From: an uncultured Anaerolinea sp.
GTDB taxonomy: Bacteria > Chloroflexota > Anaerolineae > Anaerolineales > UBA4823
Reading direction: 5' to 3'
DNA length: 64,000 nucleotides
Assembly: GCA_964503625.1 (NCBI GenBank)
Contig: CAZDAU010000002.1
Coordinates: 32,768-96,767, forward strand
This document shows, one piece after another, positions 1 to 11,456 of the stretch. The first letter of the stretch is position 1, and every line of letters begins with the position of its first letter. The notes beneath the pieces were generated by a model that was not told the origin of the DNA, did not search any database, and saw only the letters and a program-made list of their open reading frames with translations. The translations under genes were made by a program, and so were the position numbers.

Positions 1-969
1 CTGCGCATCCCGGCGGGCCGGCGCTCGCTTTACAAGGCCAGCCTTGTAGAAATGCTTTGCTATGTTGTTGCGAGCATCTGGTACGGAATGCGATCTTTGC
101 GCACATGGCGACCGGATGTCATCCATGTCCATTTTGCTGTCCCGACTGGGCCAGCCGCCTGGGTGCTCTCCCGGCTTAGCGGCATCCCCTATGTATTGAC
201 GGTTCATCTGGGCGATGTCCCGGGTGGCGTGCCGGATAAGACGGCTCGTTGGTTTCGCTGGGTTTACCCATTTACGCCTGCGATCTGGCGTGATGCTGCC
301 CGGGTGGTGGCGGTCAGCAACCACACGCGCCAACTGGCGTTGCAACACTATCCGGTGGATATCCAGGTGATTCACAACGGTGTGGATCGAGGGCATCTTG
401 ATCCGGGTGAGTTGCACCTGAACCAGCCAGCCCGAATTTTTTTTGCCGGGCGGTTTGTGACTCAGAAGAATCCGCTGCAAATTATTGCCACATTGGCGGC
501 TGTGAAAGACCTGGAATGGGATTGCGTGTTGGTGGGGGACGGCCCTTTGCGTGAAAAGATGATTGAGCATATTCGGGCTGCCGGGTTGGAGAACCGCGTC
601 CAGTTGCCCGGTTGGATCACACCGGATAAAGTTATCCATTGGATGCGCACCAGCGATATCCTGTTCATGCCTTCAATATCAGAAGGCCTGCCGGTGATGG
701 GTGTGCAGTCTCTGGCAATGGGCCTGGCAATCATCGCCACACACTTGGGGGGATTCATCGATCTGGTGGACGAAGGAATCAATGGCTATCTGATCGATGT
801 TAACCGGCCGGAAGGTTATGCGCGCGCCCTGCGGGAGCTGCTCTCAAATCCTGACAAACTGCTACGCGCTCGCCAGGCCAGCTATGCCAAAGCTGAGGAT
901 TTCGATTTGCAGGCCATTGTCTGTACTTACCAGGATTTATTTGTTGGGGTGAAGCGGGGCAGAGGTTAA
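1..969 (+). CDS. Glycosyltransferase, GT4/group-1 family (5' end truncated by window edge)
   Basis: Frame 1 is open from nt 1 (LRIPAGRRSLYKASLVEM...) into the 52..969 ORF. It has a GT-B group-1 look: VIHVHFAVPTGPAAWVLSRLSGIPYVLTVHLGDV in the N-domain and SDILFMPSISEGLPVMGVQSLAMGLAIIATHLGGFIDLVDEGINGYL in the donor-binding C-domain. Confidence 0.85.
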   Translation: MRIPAGRRSLYKASLVEMLCYVVASIWYGMRSLRTWRPDVIHVHFAVPTGPAAWVLSRLSGIPYVLTVHLGDVPGGVPDKTARWFRWVYPFTPAIWRDAARVVAVSNHTRQLALQHYPVDIQVIHNGVDRGHLDPGELHLNQPARIFFAGRFVTQKNPLQIIATLAAVKDLEWDCVLVGDGPLREKMIEHIRAAGLENRVQLPGWITPDKVIHWMRTSDILFMPSISEGLPVMGVQSLAMGLAIIATHLGGFIDLVDEGINGYLIDVNRPEGYARALRELLSNPDKLLRARQASYAKAEDFDLQAIVCTYQDLFVGVKRGRG

Positions 970-970
970 G

Positions 971-3094
971 ATGCTGTATTGGAGCCGCACGGGGAGTATC
1001 TTTGATCTCCTGGCCTGGTTGTTGCTCTCCGGCTTGAGCTTTTTGGGCGGATGGCTGTTGTGTGTGCACCAATTTAACCTGCGCTCACGCGAGCGACTGT
1101 TCGCCGGCATTACCCTGGGAACGATGCTCCTGATGTTCACGAGCAATCTCCTGGCCCAGATCATTTCGCTCAGAGCTGCTTTCTGGGCCAGCGCAATGGT
1201 GATCCTGGGGCTGGGCTTTTTGGCCGCCTGGCGGTCTTCCCAAAGACCGCGTTTTCCGCTGGGCGACTTTTGGGTCTGGAGTCAATGGCTGGCTTTCCTG
1301 GGAATATTTTTATTCTTCATCCTGGTCAATCGGGGCCTGGCAATCTTTGATGACTTTGTCAATCTACCCATGGTGGCGGCCCTTGCCACTGGCGATGTGC
1401 CGCCGCATTTCTACCTGAATCCGGAAAAGATGCTCGATCACCACTACGGCATGCATTTGCTGGCGGCCGGCCTGGTGGAAATTGGCGGTTTTTTCCCCTT
1501 CAGCGCTCTGGATGTTTACAAGGCCTTTTCGATGGCGCTTGGGCTGATCTTGCCCTGGTTGTGGTACCGACGGTTTATTGGCGATGGGCGGAGCTGGTTT
1601 TGGCTGGGTTTGTTCATTCTTTTCGCTGGCGGCACGCGCTGGATGTTGCTTCTCCTGCCGCAGCCGCAACTGGAGCTCATCAGCGCAGGCGTCCAAATGT
1701 TGGGTTCAGCCGCCCAGACAGCTCCCGATCTGGCAAGCGCGCTTTTGAAGGGTTGGGAGATTGCTGGCGATGGTCCATTGCCTTTCCCCTTTGCTTTCAT
1801 GAATGGCATCACCACACCGCTTCCTCTGGCAATGAGCAGCAAAGGAGGGTGGCCCACGCTGGCGCTGCTGTTGTTGCTGGCATCGCGCTCCTGGCGCCCC
1901 GTCCAGGGATTGCTCTTTGGCGTTCTGGTCGCCTCCACGGCATTGGTCTCCGAGACTGTGTTCGTCATGGCCTGGGGAGGGGTTGTTGCCGGCGTGGCAG
2001 TGGAAATCATCCGGCGTTGGTATCTCCACAGATCCTGGGATGGCCTTCTGGGCTGGCTCTGGGTCCTTCTGCCGGGAGCAATCCTGGCGCCCTTGATGGG
2101 AGGCGCGCTGACGGTTACCCTGCAAAATATCCTCCTTTCGGCACGCGGGGAAGAAGTGACTGCAATCATGGTCCCGCCCGTTGGTTTGCGTTGGCCCCCG
2201 GCGCTGCTTTCTGGGCATTTGGGCGCCCTTTCGATCGCAGACCCGGGGCAGTTGCTGATCGCTCTGCTGGAAATCGGTCCCCTGTTATTGCTCGGCCCGT
2301 GGGTGATCCTGGCGCTTCCGGGTTATTTCCGCTCGCGCAAGTTGTTTGCAGGCGGTTTGGTAATTCTGTCCATCGTAAGCTTCCTTGCCCCGATCTTGAT
2401 CCGTTTTGTGGATCGCGATCGGGATATTGCCCGTCTCACTGCCGAGACCCTGAAGGTCTGGATGCTTCTTGGCCTGCCCTATCTGTGGCTGGCTTATAAG
2501 CGCAGCGGTAAGCTGGTTCGTTCAGCAATTGGCACGGCCTATGTGCTGAGCATTTTGGGTGGGGTGGCATTGCTGCCGACTTTGCTGGTGGCAATGGCCC
2601 GGCCGCAGGTCTCGTCTTTTATTGGCCAACCGGATGTCATTCTCAGCCGAACCTATTGGGATCAATTGGAAGAAGATGCCTGGGTGCTGGATCCTCAGTA
2701 CCCCTATCGGCCAATTGTGCTCTTTGGCCGCAGCACCGGCCCAGCATTTGAAACGATCTACTACCGCTTGCCAGAGTTCAAAGCCCTGCTGGATTCGCCT
2801 GACCCGGTTGCAATGGCCCGTGCAGGTTACGATTATGTGTATTTGGATCGCGAGACCTGGCAAAAGTTCACCGGCGATCAGCGCCGTGCCTTTCAGCAGC
2901 CATGTGTCCGGTTGCGCGCCCAACAAAAAGCGGAGACAGGCGATTTTCGCCGGCTGCTCGATATCCGCAATTGTGGCAAGTCGGTTACCGGCTCAATTAG
3001 CGAAAGTCATCCTTTATTGGGTGCCGAGCAGGATTATAATTCAACGACTGAATTTTGGTCTGGTCTGTTTGGAAGAATATTTTTAAGGCTATGA
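971..3094 (+). CDS. Large polytopic membrane protein of unknown function (GT-C-like architecture)
   Basis: 707-aa ORF starting 2 nt after the upstream stop. It has many hydrophobic segments, then a roughly 130-aa soluble C-terminal region (YWDQLEEDAWVLDPQYPYRPIVLFG...). I recognise no family signature. Confidence 0.6.
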   Translation: MLYWSRTGSIFDLLAWLLLSGLSFLGGWLLCVHQFNLRSRERLFAGITLGTMLLMFTSNLLAQIISLRAAFWASAMVILGLGFLAAWRSSQRPRFPLGDFWVWSQWLAFLGIFLFFILVNRGLAIFDDFVNLPMVAALATGDVPPHFYLNPEKMLDHHYGMHLLAAGLVEIGGFFPFSALDVYKAFSMALGLILPWLWYRRFIGDGRSWFWLGLFILFAGGTRWMLLLLPQPQLELISAGVQMLGSAAQTAPDLASALLKGWEIAGDGPLPFPFAFMNGITTPLPLAMSSKGGWPTLALLLLLASRSWRPVQGLLFGVLVASTALVSETVFVMAWGGVVAGVAVEIIRRWYLHRSWDGLLGWLWVLLPGAILAPLMGGALTVTLQNILLSARGEEVTAIMVPPVGLRWPPALLSGHLGALSIADPGQLLIALLEIGPLLLLGPWVILALPGYFRSRKLFAGGLVILSIVSFLAPILIRFVDRDRDIARLTAETLKVWMLLGLPYLWLAYKRSGKLVRSAIGTAYVLSILGGVALLPTLLVAMARPQVSSFIGQPDVILSRTYWDQLEEDAWVLDPQYPYRPIVLFGRSTGPAFETIYYRLPEFKALLDSPDPVAMARAGYDYVYLDRETWQKFTGDQRRAFQQPCVRLRAQQKAETGDFRRLLDIRNCGKSVTGSISESHPLLGAEQDYNSTTEFWSGLFGRIFLRL
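3004..3056 (+). promoter_or_regulatory. 53-bp promoter/operator-like element, copy 1 (inside the 3' end of CDS 971..3094)
   Basis: aagtcatcctttattgggtgccgagcaggaTTATAATTCAACGACTGAATTTT. TATAAT at 3035-3040. Inverted repeat AATTCA(3038-3043)-N5-TGAATT(3049-3054). The last 27 nt match copy 2 at 25 of 27 positions. Confidence 0.5.
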
Positions 3095-4077
3095 GTGACA
3101 CGCCTGTGAGCAAGCAGCCCCTGTGGTCCAGGATCAATAAGACAACGGTGCTGCGGACTGCTGGCACTTTGATTTCCCTGATCTTGCTGGCCAATTTGCT
3201 TTTCCAGCAAGGCTGGGAGCAGATTTTAATGGTGATACGGCAGATTCCGCCCTGGCGGCTGGTTTTGGCTTTTCTACTGATGGTCGTTTCTCGCCTGGCT
3301 GTGGTTGCTCGATGGCAGGTGTTGCTGCGCAGTGGAGATGTGCCGATCACCTATCGCCAGACCTTGCGCATAACGTTTGCCGGTCTGTTTGCGTCGAATT
3401 TCCTCCCCACCACGGTTGGCGGCGACCTGGTTCGCTTTGCCGGTATCCTCCAGCATCACTTTGACGGCGCAGTGGGCGCAGCTTCTTTGATCGCCGATCG
3501 CCTGATCGGAATGGCTGGCATGATCATGGTCTTGCCATTTAGCTTCCCGGTGCTGCTGGCTGGGGATTGGACCGGTGCACAAAGTGGTCTTTTGCTAGGA
3601 AAGCAAACCTGGCTGCTGACCGGCGCGGTTTCTGTGCCGGGGAAATTGCTTCACCGGGCATGGGCGTTTGGACAGCGGGCTTTTCTGCGCATCTACGAGG
3701 CGCTTAAGACCTGGCTGAAGCAACCTCGAGCTTTGATCGTGTCATTGGCGTACACCTGGGTGAACATGCTTTGCCTGTTTGGCGTCCTGGAGATGGTGAT
3801 CGGCGGTGAAGGTATGCCGTTTTGGTTGATCGGAGGGTTGTACAGCCTGGTCTACTTTGTGACTTTGATCCCGATTTCGATCAATGGGTATGGATTGCAA
3901 GAATTTTCCATGACGCTGATCTTTTCAAACCTGGGTCGCGCCTCCATCAGCGAAGGGCTGGCTGCGGCGCTGCTCTTCCGCACGTTGATGGTTTTGGTCA
4001 GTCTGCCGGGTGCGTTGTTTTTGCCCGATATTCTGGCTGCAAAACGCAACCCCTCAGAGCAGGAAGCTCAACTATGA
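3091..4077 (+). CDS. Flippase-like membrane protein (lysylphosphatidylglycerol-synthase TM region / UPF0104-like)
   Basis: The ATG at 3091 overlaps the upstream stop (ATGA, 3091-3094); the ORF-track TTG start at 3055 is in the same frame. Multiple TM segments and the signature ITFAGLFASNFLPTTVGGDLVRF are typical of this family. Confidence 0.7.
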   Translation: MSDTPVSKQPLWSRINKTTVLRTAGTLISLILLANLLFQQGWEQILMVIRQIPPWRLVLAFLLMVVSRLAVVARWQVLLRSGDVPITYRQTLRITFAGLFASNFLPTTVGGDLVRFAGILQHHFDGAVGAASLIADRLIGMAGMIMVLPFSFPVLLAGDWTGAQSGLLLGKQTWLLTGAVSVPGKLLHRAWAFGQRAFLRIYEALKTWLKQPRALIVSLAYTWVNMLCLFGVLEMVIGGEGMPFWLIGGLYSLVYFVTLIPISINGYGLQEFSMTLIFSNLGRASISEGLAAALLFRTLMVLVSLPGALFLPDILAAKRNPSEQEAQL

Positions 4078-4105
4078 ATTCGTCTTTTATGGGAAACCTT
4101 AGATT

Positions 4106-5980
4106 TTGAAACGCACCGTTTTATTCATTCTATTTATTGTTGTTACCCTTGCTGGCCCGGCCTTGATTTTTGGGCCGCTTTCACAAGTCATGCAAAACCA
4201 ACTGGCGCGCCAGTTGCTGTTTTGGACGGTGGCCCTGCTGGGTGGGGCAGTCCTGAAGATTTGGGCAGGCGACGGGAAACCGCATCCATTTCTGGATCAG
4301 TGGTGGAAATGCGTATTGGCTGCAACGATCCTCGAAACCTGTGCTTACGTAGCTGGTTCGCACCTGCCAGATATTTCGGTTTATCCGCTGACCATGGGCT
4401 GGTCGGAAACCAGCCGCTACTATAACGCCTCTTTGTTCTTTTCCGAGCGCATTTATGGCGTATCTGCCCCACCGACAGTTCTGCACCCCAGTCGTTATCT
4501 GATGCAGGCGGTCCCCTTTTTAATCCATGGCACGCCCTTATGGCTGCACAGGGCCTGGCAGGTGCTTCTGTGGCTTGCTATGCCCCTTTTGACGGCGTTA
4601 ATCCTGGTTCGGCGTTTTTTGGGCTGGAAACAGGTTGAAGCCTGGCTGCTTGCGGGGGTTGTGTTTGTGTATCTGATGATTGGGCCGGTTTACTATCACT
4701 TGCTTGTGCCTGTGATCATCATTTTATGGGGTTTTCGCACGGGAGCAGAGCAGCAATGGACAGGTGATTGGGCGGGGTGGAGGCGTCTTGGGGGGTCCTT
4801 GCTTGCTTTGCTGGTTGCCTCAGCCTGGGCTGGGATCAGCCGGGTCAACTGGTTTCCGGTGCCAGGTCTGCTGGCTGCAGCGCTGATCCTGATGGAGCGA
4901 CCGGTCTACTTCAGCGACCGCCAGAGCAATCCAGGCGACAAACTACCCTGGCGGCCTGCGCTTGTCTATATTTTGCGCCTGTCAGGTTGGGTGCTGTTGG
5001 GCACAGCCACGGCTTTGGCTTCTCAGGCGCTATATATTTACTGGTCAGGCAACGAGGCATCCCAATTCACCACCAGCTTTAGCTCGGATTTGCTTTGGCG
5101 GCGGTTGTTGCCCAACGCCTCCTACTCGCTGGGTCTGCTCCCCGCCATTTTCTTGGTTTCATTGCCCATTCTGCTGGTGATCCTGGGCCGGTTGTTGGAA
5201 ACCCAATCTGGCGCCGCTCTTTGGAAGCGCGGTCATTGGTTGCGGTGGTTGGGCCTGGCAGGTGAGCTGTTGGTGCTATTCGTGGGCGGAATGGTGGTGA
5301 GCGTAAAGATTGGCGGCGGCAGCAATTTGCACAACATGGATGCCTACCTGGTCCTGCTGCTGGTGATTGGGGTGTATTTTTACCTGGATAAAGTTGCCAT
5401 TGATTTTCCTGGCCTCTCAGCCGGTGGGCTGTCTGAGAAAAGCTCACAGCCCTCAGTTTCACGCGCATTGCTCAACAGCGGGGTTATCCTGATGGTGGTG
5501 ATCTCGGCGTTCTTCACCGTGTTTTCTCGAACGCCGCCCACACCGCTTCCCGATCCAGCGGTGGTGCAAAGTGGGCTGGATGCCGTCCTGACGCGCGTCC
5601 AGAAAGCCAGCCAGCAGGGAGGGGAAGTGCTGTTTCTTACCAACCGCCACCTGCTGACTTTTGGGATGGTGGAGGGCGTTGAGCTGGTTTCAGAGTACGA
5701 GCGGGTCTTCTTGATGGAAGCGGCCATGGCCAATGCCCCAGAATACCTGGAGCGCTTTCGCCAGGACATGAAGGACCACCGCTTTGCCCTGATCATCAGC
5801 GAGCCGCTTTCGACGCGTTACAAAAGCCCGCAGGCTTCCTTTGGAGCAGAAAACAATGCCTGGGTCCGGCGCGTGTCTCAGGTGGTCCTGTGCTATTACT
5901 ATCCTGTTGAGACCTTGCGCGAGCTCCAGATTCAGGTTTTGGTCCCCCGAGCCAAAGACCGCAAGAATTGTCCAGAATGA
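4106..5980 (+). CDS. Large polytopic membrane protein of unknown function (GT-C-like architecture)
   Basis: 624-aa ORF with a TTG start. It has about 12 or more hydrophobic segments, then a soluble C-terminal domain (GGEVLFLTNRHLLTFGMVEGVELVSEYERVFLMEAAMANAPEYLERFRQD...). Confidence 0.6.
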   Translation: MKRTVLFILFIVVTLAGPALIFGPLSQVMQNQLARQLLFWTVALLGGAVLKIWAGDGKPHPFLDQWWKCVLAATILETCAYVAGSHLPDISVYPLTMGWSETSRYYNASLFFSERIYGVSAPPTVLHPSRYLMQAVPFLIHGTPLWLHRAWQVLLWLAMPLLTALILVRRFLGWKQVEAWLLAGVVFVYLMIGPVYYHLLVPVIIILWGFRTGAEQQWTGDWAGWRRLGGSLLALLVASAWAGISRVNWFPVPGLLAAALILMERPVYFSDRQSNPGDKLPWRPALVYILRLSGWVLLGTATALASQALYIYWSGNEASQFTTSFSSDLLWRRLLPNASYSLGLLPAIFLVSLPILLVILGRLLETQSGAALWKRGHWLRWLGLAGELLVLFVGGMVVSVKIGGGSNLHNMDAYLVLLLVIGVYFYLDKVAIDFPGLSAGGLSEKSSQPSVSRALLNSGVILMVVISAFFTVFSRTPPTPLPDPAVVQSGLDAVLTRVQKASQQGGEVLFLTNRHLLTFGMVEGVELVSEYERVFLMEAAMANAPEYLERFRQDMKDHRFALIISEPLSTRYKSPQASFGAENNAWVRRVSQVVLCYYYPVETLRELQIQVLVPRAKDRKNCPE

Positions 5981-6042
5981 CCCCTGCCGGTTGATCTGTG
6001 ATCCACACGGTCGCCCTGCAATGCCGGTTGGCGCCCTGGATA

Positions 6043-6095
6043 AAATCATCCTTGACCGATCTGGTGTTAGGGTTATAATTCAACGGCTGAATTTT
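6043..6095 (+). promoter_or_regulatory. 53-bp promoter/operator-like element, copy 2 (upstream of the MarR-type regulator)
   Basis: TTGACC (6052-6057), 16-nt spacer, TATAAT (6074-6079). Inverted repeat AATTCA(6077-6082)-N5-TGAATT(6088-6093). The regulator ATG is at 6100. Confidence 0.6.
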
Positions 6096-6099
6096 AGAT

Positions 6100-8441
<2,342 letters not shown>

Positions 8442-8442
<1 letters not shown>

Positions 8443-9803
8443 TGACTGACATTGCCATTCGGGTCGAGGATTTGGGGAAGTGGTACCGCTTGGGCGCTGG
8501 AGTGGGAGCTGGGCGCCCGCGGCAGGAGTATCGCACGCTGCGCGACTCGCTCGCTGTGGCGCTGTCCAACCCATTCCGTCGCAAACCCGGACGAAAAGAC
8601 TCCCCACATGCGGGCTCACCCCCGGAAGAACCGGACGATGAATTCATCTGGGCGCTGCGCAATGTCTCATTTGATGTGCGCAAAGGCCAGGTGATTGGTG
8701 TGATTGGGCGCAACGGCGCCGGCAAGAGCACATTGTTGAAAATTCTCTCCCGCGTCACTGAGCCAACCGAAGGATATGCCGAGGTGCATGGACGGGTCGG
8801 CTCGCTGCTCGAGGTGGGCACCGGCTTTCACCCAGAGCTGACAGGGCGCGAGAATATCTACCTGAACGGCGCTATCCTGGGCATGAAACGCACGGAGATC
8901 GACCGTAAATATGGTGAGATTGTGGACTTCTCGGGCGTGGAAAAATTCATCGACACACCGGTCAAGCGCTATTCCAGCGGCATGTATCTGCGGCTGGCAT
9001 TTGCCGTGGCAGCCCACCTGGAGCCAGAGATCCTGGTTGTAGACGAGGTCCTGGCGGTTGGCGATGCCGAGTTCCAGCGCAAGTGCCTGGGCAAGATGAG
9101 CGATGTGGCCCAGGAAGGGCGGACGGTGCTTTTTGTCAGCCATAACATGTCCGCTATCCTGCACCTGACGGAAGAGGCCATCGTGCTGGATAAGGGTCAT
9201 GTGGTGCACCGAGCCGCTACGGCTGAAGCGGTGGACTTTTATATGTCCTCCGGCCTGGCGCAGATTGGCGAGCGCATGTGGGCGTCTGATGAAGTGCCCG
9301 CTGAAGCCGCTCCTTTCCGCCCCCTGGCGATGCGCCTGAAGAACCGGGCGGGCCAGATTGTAGAGACAATTCGTTCTACCGAAGCCGTCTCAATCGAGGT
9401 GGAGTACGTCTTGGATGCGCCAATCTCTGGCCTGCGTGTGGGCCTCTACCTGCAAACTGCCCGCGGCGAGTATGTCTGGACCTCTTTTGACACGGACGAC
9501 CTGGAGCAGTTTGAGAATTATCCCGTGCGACAGGCGGGTCATTACATTAGCCGCTGCACCATCCCTGCCGATTTCCTCAATGAGGGTCGTTACATTCTGG
9601 GCGTTAACGCCAGCGCCTTCCGGGTGCGGCGTTATTTCCAGGAGGAACAAGCGTTATCTTTCACCGTGGATACCACCAATGCTCCTGGCTCGCAGTGGCC
9701 AGAAGCGCGCCTGGGTCCGGTTCGGCCGCGCCTGGCCTGGCAAATCCAGGCTGAGGAGCAGGCTGGGGAAGCCATTTGGGCCGGGAAAGGCGGAATATCA
9801 TGA
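8442..9803 (+). CDS. wzt: Polysaccharide ABC exporter ATPase with C-terminal carbohydrate-binding domain (Wzt type), copy 1
   Basis: The ATG at 8442 overlaps the wzm stop (TGATG). Walker A GRNGAGKST, signature YSSGMYLRLAFA, Walker B ILVVDE. An extra C-terminal beta-rich domain of about 190 aa (VSIEVEYVLDAPISGLRVGLYLQTARGEYVWTSFDTD...GRYILGVNA) is consistent with a Wzt_C glycan-cap-binding domain. The 8139 start in the ORF track is an upstream read-through of the same frame. Confidence 0.9.
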
Positions 9804-11455
9804 TCGGCAAGCGTACCGTGAAGAAAGTCCTGGGTAAATTGCCATTCACGGCAGAGATCTACTGGCGCTTCATCCAGCAGGGTAAAGCGCCGGCCAAGAA
9901 CTTTTCTTTGCGCAAGCTGGAGAGAAGCCTGCCAGACTGGTGCGCGCAGGCGCAGGCAGCTCGGACCAGCCGCCGGCCTGAGGAGCCCGCTCGCCGCATT
10001 TTGGTCTTTGCCACGCTGCGGTATTGGATTGAGCATGCCGCGCTGTTGAGCGTCTCTCTTGCCGGGCTTGGACACCAGGTAACGCTGGCTTACCTGCCCT
10101 ATGCCAACTGGCGCCGCCCGTACCAGCTATTTGACATTCGCCGCCAGAATGCCTATGCGCGCAATGTTTTACAGATGGCCCACCCGATCATTCAAACGGT
10201 CTCGCTATTGGATGTCAAGCCGGCTTCGGGGCGGGTATTCTCCGCAAATTTATTCCACAACCTGCAGCGGGTCTCGATCCGGGATACGCAGTATACCTTG
10301 CAGATCGAAGACGTCGATCTTAGCGGTGAGAGTGAATCAGCACGCCTGTACCACTTGCGTCTGGAGAGGAACCTGCAAGCAGCCGCAGCTCTCATGGGTT
10401 GGGTTCAATCCATTGACCCGGAACGACGGCCTGAACTGCTCATCACTCCCAACGGCAGTATTTTGGAGATGGGCGCGATCTACCAGGCTGTGCGTTCCCA
10501 GGGCATTCCTGCGGTGACGTATGAATTTGGCGAGCAGCGTGAGCGGATCTGGTTTGCTCAGAACAGCGAAGTGATGCTCCAGGAGACCGATGACCTTTGG
10601 GCGGCGCGCAAGGATCAGCCATTGAACGAGAGTCAGTGGGCCCAGATCAGGGCGCTTTATGCTTCGCGCCAGAACGGTCGTCTTTGGGAGAATTTCGCCC
10701 GCCTGTGGCAGGGGATCCCCAGCCAGGGCGGTGAGCAAGTTCGCCAGGCGCTGGGGTTGGATTCTCGGCCCATTGTGCTGCTGGCTGCGAACGTAATTGG
10801 CGATAGCCTGACCCTGGGACGACAGATCTTCTCTCGCAACATGACCAACTGGCTGGAGCGCAGCGTGCAGTTTTTTGCCCAAAAACCGGATGTCCAGTTG
10901 GTGGTGCGTATCCATCCTGGTGAGCGATATTTGAAAGGCCCCTCGGTCGCCGAGGTTGTGCGCAACGCGTTGCCGCAGATTCCGGCGCACATTCACCTGA
11001 TTGAAGCAGCCGATCCAATCAACACCTACGATCTGGTGCAAATTGCAGACCTGGGACTTGCCTACACCACCACCGTGGGCATGGAAATGCCCATGAGCGG
11101 CGTGCCGGTTGTGCTGGGCGGCAGGACGCATTACCGCGGCAAAGGTTTCACCTATGACCCACAAACCTGGGAAGATTACTTCCGCATGGTGGAGCTGGCT
11201 TTGTCCGAGCCAGGACAGCGCCGCTTGAGCCGCCCCCAGGTGGAGTTGGCCTGGAAATATGCTTATCACTTCTTCTTTGAGTATCCCACACCCTTCCCCT
11301 GGCATCTGCTGAAATTTTGGGAAGAACTGGAAAATTGGCCGGTGGCGCGTGTCCTGTCCAGCGAGGGCCAGGCCATCTTCGGCGACACCTTCCGTTGGTT
11401 AGCAGGTGCGCCGCGCACCTGGAACGCAGCGAGTTCGCCGGATGTTGAGAGATGA
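9800..11455 (+). CDS. Capsule-synthesis family (KpsC/KpsS-like) putative ulosonic-acid glycosyltransferase, paralog 1
   Basis: ATGA overlap with the wzt stop. Motif order resembles KpsS/KpsC: IVLLAANVIGDSLTL ... VQLVVRIHPGERY ... LGLAYTTTVGMEMPMSGVPVVLGG (compare E. coli KpsS LAVLQVYNDSQI ... LVIKHHPMDRG ... VVTINSTAGISALIHNKPL). Paralogous to 28092..29777. Confidence 0.6.
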   Translation: MIGKRTVKKVLGKLPFTAEIYWRFIQQGKAPAKNFSLRKLERSLPDWCAQAQAARTSRRPEEPARRILVFATLRYWIEHAALLSVSLAGLGHQVTLAYLPYANWRRPYQLFDIRRQNAYARNVLQMAHPIIQTVSLLDVKPASGRVFSANLFHNLQRVSIRDTQYTLQIEDVDLSGESESARLYHLRLERNLQAAAALMGWVQSIDPERRPELLITPNGSILEMGAIYQAVRSQGIPAVTYEFGEQRERIWFAQNSEVMLQETDDLWAARKDQPLNESQWAQIRALYASRQNGRLWENFARLWQGIPSQGGEQVRQALGLDSRPIVLLAANVIGDSLTLGRQIFSRNMTNWLERSVQFFAQKPDVQLVVRIHPGERYLKGPSVAEVVRNALPQIPAHIHLIEAADPINTYDLVQIADLGLAYTTTVGMEMPMSGVPVVLGGRTHYRGKGFTYDPQTWEDYFRMVELALSEPGQRRLSRPQVELAWKYAYHFFFEYPTPFPWHLLKFWEELENWPVARVLSSEGQAIFGDTFRWLAGAPRTWNAASSPDVER

Positions 11456-11456
11456 T

